A stretch of 63,856 bases of DNA, counting the filler, from an uncultured Myxococcia bacterium (GTDB taxonomy: Bacteria > CAZTWC01), in NCBI GenBank assembly GCA_964617105.1. It is 3 parts of 3 records of this genome, joined end to end, with 100 filler letters (N's around TTAATTAATTAA, not from the genome) between each part and the next. Parts side by side here need not be neighbours in the genome. Positions count along the whole stretch, not along the records: positions 24,324 to 48,036 come from CAZTWC010000023.1; 2 more parts are not named here. One strand, given 5' to 3'. Position numbers and translations under genes: made by a program. Of this stretch, positions 36,726 to 45,278 are shown in pieces. Under the pieces are notes generated by a model. The model did not search any database and was not told where the DNA came from. It saw nothing but the letters and a program-made list of their open reading frames with translations. Within the stretch, counting starts at the first letter, position 1. Each line of letters starts with the position of its first letter.

Positions 36726-37091
36726 ATGAGAGGAAAAAAATTATCAGGTCCCTGCATAACTGATGGAGAAACCGGCCTGATGTGGCAAAATGCCTATTCC
36801 AACAAGAGATTGAATTGGGAGCAGGCCATGGATTACCCACAAATTCTTAATCAAGGCAGGTATGGCGGCTTTACCGACTGGCGGTTGCCCAACCAGGAAG
36901 AGTATGACGATATGCGGGCCAAAGAGGAGTTCCGTAAACTATTTTTCGAAACTGATTGGTATTGGACCTCTTATCAGGCAGCAGTTTCTAGTGGCTGGGG
37001 CCGTGAATTTCCCCGTTGGCGGCGGGTTTACCCGCGGCACGATCAGCGGAAATATGTGCGTTGCGTGCGTGATTTCATAAAAGACCACTAA
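36726..37091 (+). CDS. Stand-alone DUF1566 (Lcl C-terminal, C-type-lectin-fold) protein
   Basis: DGETGLMWQ, LNWEQA, YGGFTDWRLPN..E, YWTS, YVRCVR. Confidence 0.9.
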   Translation: MRGKKLSGPCITDGETGLMWQNAYSNKRLNWEQAMDYPQILNQGRYGGFTDWRLPNQEEYDDMRAKEEFRKLFFETDWYWTSYQAAVSSGWGREFPRWRRVYPRHDQRKYVRCVRDFIKDH

Positions 37092-37113
37092 AAGATCAAA
37101 ATTGTTGAACAAG

Positions 37114-37155
37114 AAAAAGCGGCTTCCCGTCAAAAAGTGGAGCCGCTTTTTTTTT
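37114..37155 (+). terminator. Rho-independent terminator
   Basis: AAAAAGCGGCTTCC-loop-GGAGCCGC followed by T9. Confidence 0.9.
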
Positions 37156-37160
37156 AAAAG

Positions 37161-37216
37161 GTGCGCGCCTGGTAGGGTGCATCCACTTTGTGGGTGAGAG
37201 TCTTCTATGGACCCGA
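37161..37216 (+). mobile_element. Truncated 5' end of a group IIC intron
   Basis: GTGCGCGCCTGGTAGGGTGC...GGGTGAGAGTC starts 5 nt after a terminator U-tract, matching the class IIC 5' pattern and target rule. No RT ORF or domain V seen. Confidence 0.6.
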
Positions 37217-37342
37217 TCTTATTTTTAGGTTGTAATTAACTTCTTTTTTTATTAATATGTATCCCAAACTTTGGTTTTTAAGCCAACAATTGATTTCTGA
37301 AATTATACTATTCAGACCAGTCCTATTCATGGAGGTGCTAAA

Positions 37343-38437
37343 GTGAAATTAAGACTCTTATTTTTTGTTATCATTATCAGCATAATGGTTTTTGCTCTTT
37401 TATCTGGTTGTAAAAGAGATGATCTGGGTTCTCAACCAAATGACTTAACCACCGCTGAAAAAACTATTGATACTCCCGTTCCGCCAACTGGAGAAATCGT
37501 CCAAAAAGAATCTGCCAAATCGATGCCGTCAATCGTACCAAAACCTGCTCCTAAAGGAGACAAAATACCGGAATCTGGCCCTTTAGCCAAAGTCAACGGC
37601 AAGGTAATTAAAGTGGAAGATATCAAGGACGAAGTTGAGGCAATGAAAAAGGTTTTAAAGGGGATCCCTCCCCAGGAGGCAGAGAAGATAAAAAAACAGA
37701 TTTTAGAATCAACTATCCATTTTACCATTATGCAGGAAGAAACTGAAAAACTCGGTATTAAGATAACCGCTCAAGAGATTGCTTCAAAAATGGGTGAAAT
37801 TATGAGAGATCAAAACTATAAAAAATTTGCCGCTCAAATGGGACAGTCGGAGGACTATCTAAAGAAAATGGTAAGCAAAACTCTTTTAATGGAAAAACTC
37901 TTTTCCAGGGTTTTTAATACTAACTTTCAAGTTACAGATAAGCACATCAACGACTATTACCAGAAAAATAAAGAGGAGTTTAAAAGGCAGCCAAAAGTCA
38001 AAGCCAGTCATATCCTGTTAAAAGTTGCTCCAGAAGATGACGAAAAAACCAAACAGGGGAAGTTAACAAAACTTAAAAGTGTTTTAGAAAAAATTAAAAA
38101 GGGTGGAGATTTCGTTGCTATGGCCAAAAAACATTCTCAGTGTCCATCATCCGCCAGCGGCGGTGATTTGGGTGAGTTTACCAAGGATATGATGGTTAAG
38201 GAGTTTAGTGAGATTGTTTTCAATATGAAAAAAGGGCAAGTTTCCGAAGTGTTTAAAACTCAGTTTGGCTATCATATCGCCAAAGTCACCGGCATAATAA
38301 CGGCTGGCTACAGCACTTTGGATGAGGTCAAGCAATTTATTAAAAACAAAATATTAAGCCAACGGGTTAAACCTGAAAAAATTAAAGAATATATGGATAA
38401 ATTGTTAAAAAGTGCCCAGATAGAATATCTTTTTTAA
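37343..38437 (+). CDS. PpiC/parvulin peptidyl-prolyl isomerase lipoprotein (SurA/PrsA-like)
   Basis: Lipobox LSGC; VKASHILLK, HSQCPSSASGGDLG, MVKEF, TQFGYHI. Confidence 0.92.
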   Translation: MKLRLLFFVIIISIMVFALLSGCKRDDLGSQPNDLTTAEKTIDTPVPPTGEIVQKESAKSMPSIVPKPAPKGDKIPESGPLAKVNGKVIKVEDIKDEVEAMKKVLKGIPPQEAEKIKKQILESTIHFTIMQEETEKLGIKITAQEIASKMGEIMRDQNYKKFAAQMGQSEDYLKKMVSKTLLMEKLFSRVFNTNFQVTDKHINDYYQKNKEEFKRQPKVKASHILLKVAPEDDEKTKQGKLTKLKSVLEKIKKGGDFVAMAKKHSQCPSSASGGDLGEFTKDMMVKEFSEIVFNMKKGQVSEVFKTQFGYHIAKVTGIITAGYSTLDEVKQFIKNKILSQRVKPEKIKEYMDKLLKSAQIEYLF

Positions 38438-38451
38438 ATATAAAATAACTC

Positions 38452-38519
38452 AAATTCTCGTCCGAGAAGTCACTTCATTGCAAATTAGGAGCAGAAGGGA
38501 GGTTTCGGAAAAGAAATTA
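38452..38519. repeat. Short MITE-like element with both degenerate termini
   Basis: AAATTCTCGTCCGAGAAGTCAC...AGCAGAAGGGAGGTTTCGGAAAAGAAATTA; the right end matches 42631-42658 in reverse complement. Confidence 0.5.
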
Positions 38520-38538
38520 TTTATTAGGAGACCGGTAG

Positions 38539-40338
38539 ATGGCTCAAAGTAAAGGTTTTATAGATCAGATTAAAAGTTATCCCAAAGCCTTTTGGGTGGC
38601 CAACACCATGGAGATTTTCGAACGGCTGTCTTGGTATGGCTGGTTCACGGTAATGGCCCTCTATGTTACCGCTCCTCCGGAAAACGGCGGCTTAGGTTTT
38701 TCCACCGAAGTAAGGGGAAACCTTCAGGGTATTGTCCCCTTTTTTCTATACCTGATGCCGGTTATCACTGGAGCCCTGGCAGACAAAATTGGTTTTAAAA
38801 AGATGTTTATCATCGCTTTTTTGATAATGATCGTCTCTTACTATTCCCTGGGGCAATTCACATCTTTACCCGGTTTCTTTTTAGCCTTCATGTTTGTTGC
38901 GGTGGGGGCGGCAATTTTCAAACCTGTGGTGGTGGGCACGGTAGCCCGGGTAACAGATGAATCAAATTCCGCTTTAGGATTTGGACTTTTTTACATGATG
39001 GTTAATATCGGCGGGTTTGTCGGCCCAATCGTGGCGGGCATAGTCAGGGGCTGGAGTTGGAATTATGTCTTTATAGCTTGCTCTTTCTGGGCGTTTGTCA
39101 ATCTGCTGATAGTTACTTTTTTCTATAAAGATCCGCCGGCAGTAGAGGTTAAGCCGGACCAGCCCAAACGGTCGGTAATCGACAACGCTGTTGATGTATT
39201 GGGCAATCTGCGTTTTTTTCTGACTGTGGGAGTTGTCCTGGTGGCCTTGATGATGGCCGGCCTGGGTCAGGATTGGTTTACCTGGACCAACTGCGGTATA
39301 TTTTGTTTTCTGTGGCTACTACTCAATTTTCTTTATGATCGTAGGTTGCCCAAAAACCATAAAAATAGTTCTGAAAGTGGTACTACTGGTTGGCTACGGC
39401 AGCGCATGCATTGTAGCAATTGGCGATTCGCCCTGTTTTTATTGATCATGTCCGGTTTTTGGACCTCTTTTAACCAAATATTTCTCACCATGCCGGAATA
39501 TATCCGTGACTTTACTGACACCAGACCGTTAATTTCCACATTTGAAGGGGTTTTTGGTGAGAGCGACAGCCAGGATCCCAATAAAGGGATCGCCTCAAAA
39601 ATTGCTACGGTAAGCAAAGAGGAAAGGGCAACTATCGAGGCCACCCTGGATAAACTCTTGCAGGCTTCTCAAACAGGGGGGCTTACCAAAGAGAAATTGG
39701 AGAAAGGCTCCCATTCTCTTTTAGCCAGCAAGATTCGTATATCGCCGGACAAACTGGAGCAGATGATCCAAAAAGCGGAAAACGACCAGAAAAAATTGAC
39801 CGACCGGGTGATTATATCTGCCCGCCAATTTAACCCTGAATTTATTATTAATATCAATGCCGGCGCTATTGTGATTTTTCAGATTTTAGTCTCTTTTATG
39901 ATGGGACGATTTAACCGATTTTTCACCATGATTGTGGGGATGGTTGTAGCTGGAGTAGGGATAGGTCTCTCCACTTTTGCCGGTGCAGAGGGGATGTTGG
40001 GAGCCGGTGGCTCGGTTTGGTTTGTTTGCCTGGGTTTGTTCATTTTTTCCTTTGGTGAAATGATGGCCAGCCCCACCAGCCAGGAGTATGTAGGACGCAT
40101 CGCACCGGATGATAAAAAGGCCTTGTATATGGGTTACTATTTTGTAGCTATTGCTCTGGGCAATCTGTTTGGTGGAATTTTATCCGGCCAGTTCTACGGC
40201 TGGCTGGCCAGAGATCTGCAGCGTCCCGACCTGATGTGGATGTGTTTTGGGATATTGATGTTTGGTACTGCTTTTATTTTTGTGTTATATAACCGTTTTG
40301 CCATGTCTAAAACTTCGCAGCCCGTTATCTCAGATTAA
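38539..40338 (+). CDS. POT/PTR-like MFS peptide transporter with a large soluble insertion
   Basis: MEIFERLSWYG (ExxER), GALADKIG, FKP, FYMMVNIG, GEMMASP. Confidence 0.88.
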   Translation: MAQSKGFIDQIKSYPKAFWVANTMEIFERLSWYGWFTVMALYVTAPPENGGLGFSTEVRGNLQGIVPFFLYLMPVITGALADKIGFKKMFIIAFLIMIVSYYSLGQFTSLPGFFLAFMFVAVGAAIFKPVVVGTVARVTDESNSALGFGLFYMMVNIGGFVGPIVAGIVRGWSWNYVFIACSFWAFVNLLIVTFFYKDPPAVEVKPDQPKRSVIDNAVDVLGNLRFFLTVGVVLVALMMAGLGQDWFTWTNCGIFCFLWLLLNFLYDRRLPKNHKNSSESGTTGWLRQRMHCSNWRFALFLLIMSGFWTSFNQIFLTMPEYIRDFTDTRPLISTFEGVFGESDSQDPNKGIASKIATVSKEERATIEATLDKLLQASQTGGLTKEKLEKGSHSLLASKIRISPDKLEQMIQKAENDQKKLTDRVIISARQFNPEFIININAGAIVIFQILVSFMMGRFNRFFTMIVGMVVAGVGIGLSTFAGAEGMLGAGGSVWFVCLGLFIFSFGEMMASPTSQEYVGRIAPDDKKALYMGYYFVAIALGNLFGGILSGQFYGWLARDLQRPDLMWMCFGILMFGTAFIFVLYNRFAMSKTSQPVISD

Positions 40339-40397
40339 GCAGTAGTAAAAAGCGGTTATAATAATCAATAACAGTTGTTCCATAAAAAGGACCTATT

Positions 40398-40763
40398 ATG
40401 AAAAATGTATTGATTGTCGATGATTCCTTATCAATGAGAACTACGGTAAAAATGGTGTTGCAGGTAGCGGGTTATAATGTTAATGATGCCGAGGATGGTC
40501 TGGAGGCTTTGAATTTATTAAAAAACTATTGTCCAGATCTAATTTTGCTGGATGTAAATATGCCTAAAATGAATGGTTTGGATCTTTTGCGAGAGTTAAG
40601 GAAAATTCCCTCCTGCCGCTTAATTCCAGTGATAATGCTTACCACCCGTACGGATGAGGAATCAATACAACGAGCGGAGAAAGAGGGGGTAAAGGGTTGG
40701 ATAACCAAACCCTTTAATACCGATGATTTAGTCAATATGGTTAATAACCTGTTGATTTGTTAA
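40398..40763 (+). CDS. Single-domain response regulator (CheY-like)
   Basis: LIVDDS, LLDVNMPKMNG, MLTT, ITKPF. Confidence 0.93.
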   Translation: MKNVLIVDDSLSMRTTVKMVLQVAGYNVNDAEDGLEALNLLKNYCPDLILLDVNMPKMNGLDLLRELRKIPSCRLIPVIMLTTRTDEESIQRAEKEGVKGWITKPFNTDDLVNMVNNLLIC

Positions 40764-40797
40764 AAGCTATATACCCAGAGTATAATTTACCAGAAAA

Positions 40798-41319
40798 TTA
40801 TTTCCCCAAATAATCCTTCAGTGCCCTAATAACAAATTCTGAAAAAGGTGTTTCTTTTCGTTTTGAATCTATTTCTTCGATCAACCCGACCGGTATGGTG
40901 ATGGCTTTGATCCGGGTTATATCCTTGGCATCCGCGGTTTTTACCAGAGGTGCAATATCATCGGTTCCATCCCTGACTGTATCGCCAAAGGTGAAACCCT
41001 GCTGGGGAGTCTCTGCAAAGTTATTGAGCAGCACCTTAAATTCTTCATCACTAAGGGAAAGGTGGCTGAAACCGATCAGTTGTTTTCCGTTCTCTTCCTT
41101 TTTTACCCAATCGACCTGGGCGTGACAGGTCATCCGTTTGCGCCGGTTGTCGAATACCAGCCGCAGTTTGACGGTTTTACCCTCTTCTAACATGAAACTG
41201 CCAGAAGTAGCAGGTAAGGAGGCCTCAACTCCGTATTGTTCGGCAAAATTAGAATTGATTATAGGCGGGGTTTTGGCATAGCGGCAATATACATGACCTT
41301 CTAAGTGTCCATACTTCAT
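40798..41319 (-). CDS. PilZ-like domain with a C-terminal ribbon-helix-helix-like segment
   Basis: CHAQVDWV...IGFSHLSLSDEE (PilZ barrel end); ITIPVGLIEEID..PFSEFVIRALKDYL (CopG-like). Confidence 0.55.
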   Translation of the reverse strand: MKYGHLEGHVYCRYAKTPPIINSNFAEQYGVEASLPATSGSFMLEEGKTVKLRLVFDNRRKRMTCHAQVDWVKKEENGKQLIGFSHLSLSDEEFKVLLNNFAETPQQGFTFGDTVRDGTDDIAPLVKTADAKDITRIKAITIPVGLIEEIDSKRKETPFSEFVIRALKDYLGK

Positions 41320-41540
41320 ATCGTTTTACTCCTGCAAATGGTGTTGATTGATAGAAAAATATCATTAAACTGTTTTAGTTGCATAATCTATTATAGTAAT
41401 AATAACATTAAATGAGCAAAAAGGCTACCATCATCCATTTTTCTATTATCAATAGTCGGAAATTTTGTTATAGTGTTTATGCTTTTTCTTAATTATATGG
41501 ATCCTATGTATTAATGGTTATTTAGTGAAAGGAAAATGAT

Positions 41541-42629
41541 ATGAAACATAACCGTATTTATAATTTCAATGCAGGTCCTGCTGCCCTGCCCCTTCCTGTA
41601 CTAGAGGAGATCCAAGAATCTTTGCTCAACTACAACAACAGCGGCATGTCTATTATGGAGATCAGCCACCGCTCCAAAGATTTTGACAATGTTATCAACG
41701 ATGCCGTGGCCAGGACTAAACGGCTTTTAAAGTTGGACGACCGTTTTACCGTGCTCTTTATTCAAGGCGGCGCCAGTATGCAGTTTGCCATGATTCCCAT
41801 GAACTTTCTGCCTGGCGACAGTAGCGCTGATTATATCAACACTGGAACCTGGTCCACCAAGGCTATTAAAGAGGCTCAGATTCAGGGTAAGAATCACCAG
41901 GTAGTGGCCTCTTCTGAAGACAAGAATTTCTCCTATATTCCCAAAAATATAAAGTTTTCTGATAATGCCACCTTTGTCCACCTGACCTCTAACAATACCA
42001 TAAAAGGCACCCAGTGGCACAGTGTTCCCAATACCAACGGCAAGCCCATTGTAGCGGATATGTCCTCTGATATTATGAGCCGGTCATTGGATATGGATAA
42101 ATTCGGGTTTATCTATGCCGGCGCCCAAAAGAATATTGGTCCGGCTGGGGTGTGTATGGCAATTATCAGGGATGATATGTTGAAATTGGTCTCCGATAAT
42201 CTGCCTTCCATGCTGAAATACACCACCTATACTGCTAAAAACTCCCTGTACAATACTCCTCCCTCATTTTCTATTTACACCATCCAGGTGGTGCTCAAAT
42301 GGTTAGAGGAAACTATTGGCGGTTTAGACAAAATGGAGGAGATCAACCGTAAAAAAGGTGAGATCCTTTATGGGTACATCGATTCCAGTGATTTCTATCA
42401 GGGCACAGCTGAAAAAGATAGCCGTTCTTTGATGAATGTCACCTTCAGGCTTCCAAGTGAAGATTTGGAAAAAAAGTTTGTGGCTGATGGGCTGGAAAAC
42501 CAAATGGGCGGGCTGAAAGGCCACCGCTCTGTTGGCGGTTGCCGGGCCTCTATATATAATGCCAGTTCCATAGAGGCTATTGAGAATTTAGTGTCTTTTA
42601 TGAAGGAGTTTAAACGCAAGAATGGCTAA
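41541..42629 (+). CDS. serC: Phosphoserine aminotransferase
   Basis: NFNAGPAALP, MEISHRS, QGGASMQF, DMSSD, YAGAQKNIGPAG, YNTPP, LKGHRSVGGCRASIYNA. Confidence 0.97.
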   Translation: MKHNRIYNFNAGPAALPLPVLEEIQESLLNYNNSGMSIMEISHRSKDFDNVINDAVARTKRLLKLDDRFTVLFIQGGASMQFAMIPMNFLPGDSSADYINTGTWSTKAIKEAQIQGKNHQVVASSEDKNFSYIPKNIKFSDNATFVHLTSNNTIKGTQWHSVPNTNGKPIVADMSSDIMSRSLDMDKFGFIYAGAQKNIGPAGVCMAIIRDDMLKLVSDNLPSMLKYTTYTAKNSLYNTPPSFSIYTIQVVLKWLEETIGGLDKMEEINRKKGEILYGYIDSSDFYQGTAEKDSRSLMNVTFRLPSEDLEKKFVADGLENQMGGLKGHRSVGGCRASIYNASSIEAIENLVSFMKEFKRKNG

Positions 42630-42630
42630 A

Positions 42631-42658
42631 TAGTTGCCGTCCGATAACCCCTTCTGCT
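42631..42658. repeat. MITE-like terminus just after the serC stop
   Basis: TAGTTGCCGTCCGATAACCCCTTCTGCT. Confidence 0.5.
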
Positions 42659-42714
42659 GACGCCGACGATTGGTAACAATTTACGAATCACAAACTGATC
42701 GGGACTATCAAGAT

Positions 42715-45267
42715 ATGTTAATCAGAAAAAATATTTATATTTCGACAGTGTTTTTTTTATTGCTTATAGTGTTTACCAATTTTGCCATAGCGGCCCAAAA
42801 ACCCAAGGCCCAAAAACCCAAGGCCCAAAACGGTATTCTGGATTTGACATCCATAGATCTTGAACAAAAAGGTATAGTAGATCTAGAGGGAGAGTGGAAA
42901 TTTATCTGGATGCAAGATAGCCCAGAATTTGCCCGCCCAGATTATAACGATGTCTCCTGGGATATAATTGATGTACCGGGATATTGGAACAATAAGACTG
43001 ATACTGGCACAGGATATGCTTGGTATAGGCTGACTATTAAAATAGGGCCGGCTGTTTCCAAAATCTGGCGGGAAAAAGGGTTGAGTCTTTACCTGGGCCG
43101 TATCCATACTGCGGTTGATCTGTATATAAACGGCAAAAAAGTGATAACCCTCGGGCAAGTTAGTAAAAGCAAAATAGATTCTTTCCCCAAGATATTACCG
43201 CAGCAAGTGGTTTTACTACCTAAACTAATAAAATTATCTGAACACCAAGATAGTGTTGTAGTAGCAGTTCGAATCTCCAATTATCATCACAACAGCGGCG
43301 GTTTGGCTGCCAACCCCAAGTTGGGCCTTATCAAGAAGTTGAGTAAAGAACACTGGGACAATGATGTTCAAAACATGATAGTTCTGGGTATCCTGTTGAT
43401 GATGTTTATCTATCATATGCTTTTATGGTTTGGTCGGCGTGAAGATAAGGCCAGTTTATTTTTTGCTCTTTTTTGTCTGTGTGTTTTTATGCGAAAAATA
43501 GCCACCGACAATTATTTCGAATTATTTTGGCCCGCTACAGAACTGTATGAAATACGCTTCAAAATGGAGTATTTGACTATATTTCCCTTACAGATGCCAA
43601 TTTTTGCCCTATTTTTACACCATCTTTTTCCTAAAGAGATATCTAAAAGGTTTTTAAAAATAATAATTGGAGCCGGGTGTCTAATTGCCCTTTTAACCCT
43701 TTTGACCAATAGTATCACCTACTCAAGTTATCTGTTTATTTACCAGATAGCGCTTTTAGGCAGTTCTTTATGGCTATTTTTCTGCATAAGCATGGCGATT
43801 TACGCCCGGAGAGAATCTGCCTGGCTGGTTTTTGGGGGCAGTATGATTCTTATACTCACGATTGTGAATGATATGCTCTATGCTAATGAGATTATTCGCA
43901 CTGCCTTTCTGACTCCTGTCGGTCTGGTAGTATTTATTTTATTACAATCTGCCATCCTGTCCAGCCGTTTTGCCAATGCTCACCGTCAGTCCAACAAACT
44001 TAGCCGCCAGTTAGGGGAAGTTCACCGGATCGGAGTGGAAATATCCAAAATGCAAAACCTTTTTCCCTTGCTTGAAGAGTCTCTTAAATCTATGATCAAC
44101 ATCACTAAAATTCCCCGGGGAGTTGTCTATCTTTATGATGATAAAGATCAACTGTTGAAGGATATTGCCAATCATGGCTATACTGACAGATCAGAGATAG
44201 AATCACTTTATCAGCCAGGCAAGGGGATTATAGGCAAATGTTTTATAAACCAACAGACTATGGTGGTAGATTTTGTCCATAGCCACGAAATGGTAACTGG
44301 GAAAGCTGAGGCTGTCGGGCAAGATACTATAGCCTCCATAGCAATTCCCCTCAAGTATCAGGATGAAATATTTGGAGTTATTATTTTGCAGAACCTGCCA
44401 GGAGTTAAAAAATATTCTTTTAACCGCAGTGATATTTTTATTGCTGAAACTCTGTCGACCAATATAACTATCCAGGTCAAAAACATTGAACTTTTAAAAG
44501 AGACGGCAGAAAAAGCCAGAATGGATCAGGAGTTGAGGACCGCTCAAGCAGTACAGAAGGCTCTTTTCCCATCCAATGATTTTGTTTTTAAGAATCTCGA
44601 TGTGGCTGGTTTTTTCTGCTCAGCATCAGAAACCGGCGGCGATTGGTACGGATATCTGCTGGACGGTGAAAAATACAGCTATATTCTAATTGGAGATGTT
44701 ACCGGCCACGGAACACCGGCAGCGTTGGTAACTTCCGGAGTACGTAGTACCTGCTCGATTTTGGAAACTCTAAAGCAGGAATATCCTGATATTGTAATTT
44801 CTCCGAAAACAATTTTGCGTTATCTCAATAACATTGTAACCGAAACCGGGCAGAAAAAATGGACTATGACTTTTTTTGTGGCCCGTTATGATAATGAAAC
44901 CAAAGAGATGGTCTTTGCCAATGCTGGCCACAATTTTCCTTTTTACTATTCTTCTGCCAAAAATGCTGTGAAGTCTTTATTGGCCAGAGGCAATCGTCTG
45001 GGAAATGAAAAAAATGAAAAATATTGGGAGGAGTCTATTCAACTGAACTCTGGAGATAAAATTTTATTTTACACCGATGGGATAATTGAGTGCACTAATG
45101 AAAAGGGAGTGGAATACGGGAAAAGAAGGATTAAAAAGTTATTAACCGCCAACCAGGAATTATCAGCGGAAAAATTACGGGATAAATTGGTTAAAGATGC
45201 CTTTGGTTTTTTTGGCGAAGAGCCCCGGGCAGATGATGTTACCCTGGTGGTAGTAAATTTTCCCTAA
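42715..45267 (+). CDS. 7TM-DISM sensor / GAF / SpoIIE (PP2C) phosphatase
   Basis: Signal peptide; LEGEWKF..VPGYW..GYAWYRL carbohydrate-binding-like domain; 7 TMs; GAF; GGDWY, IGDVTGHG, NAGH, YTDG, DDVT. Confidence 0.9.
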   Translation: MLIRKNIYISTVFFLLLIVFTNFAIAAQKPKAQKPKAQNGILDLTSIDLEQKGIVDLEGEWKFIWMQDSPEFARPDYNDVSWDIIDVPGYWNNKTDTGTGYAWYRLTIKIGPAVSKIWREKGLSLYLGRIHTAVDLYINGKKVITLGQVSKSKIDSFPKILPQQVVLLPKLIKLSEHQDSVVVAVRISNYHHNSGGLAANPKLGLIKKLSKEHWDNDVQNMIVLGILLMMFIYHMLLWFGRREDKASLFFALFCLCVFMRKIATDNYFELFWPATELYEIRFKMEYLTIFPLQMPIFALFLHHLFPKEISKRFLKIIIGAGCLIALLTLLTNSITYSSYLFIYQIALLGSSLWLFFCISMAIYARRESAWLVFGGSMILILTIVNDMLYANEIIRTAFLTPVGLVVFILLQSAILSSRFANAHRQSNKLSRQLGEVHRIGVEISKMQNLFPLLEESLKSMINITKIPRGVVYLYDDKDQLLKDIANHGYTDRSEIESLYQPGKGIIGKCFINQQTMVVDFVHSHEMVTGKAEAVGQDTIASIAIPLKYQDEIFGVIILQNLPGVKKYSFNRSDIFIAETLSTNITIQVKNIELLKETAEKARMDQELRTAQAVQKALFPSNDFVFKNLDVAGFFCSASETGGDWYGYLLDGEKYSYILIGDVTGHGTPAALVTSGVRSTCSILETLKQEYPDIVISPKTILRYLNNIVTETGQKKWTMTFFVARYDNETKEMVFANAGHNFPFYYSSAKNAVKSLLARGNRLGNEKNEKYWEESIQLNSGDKILFYTDGIIECTNEKGVEYGKRRIKKLLTANQELSAEKLRDKLVKDAFGFFGEEPRADDVTLVVVNFP
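42792..42830 (+). repeat. In-frame 15-bp tandem repeat (AQKPK x2.6)
   Basis: GGCCCAAAAACCCAA twice plus GGCCCAAAA, just after the signal peptide. Confidence 0.9.
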
Positions 45268-45278
45268 AACTATCACTC

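Noticed and set aside
37160-37235. Possible minus-strand tRNA (GGTGCGC.. resembles a reversed acceptor end)
   Set aside because: No TTCGA T-loop equivalent or cloverleaf; the group IIC intron 5' pattern fits better.
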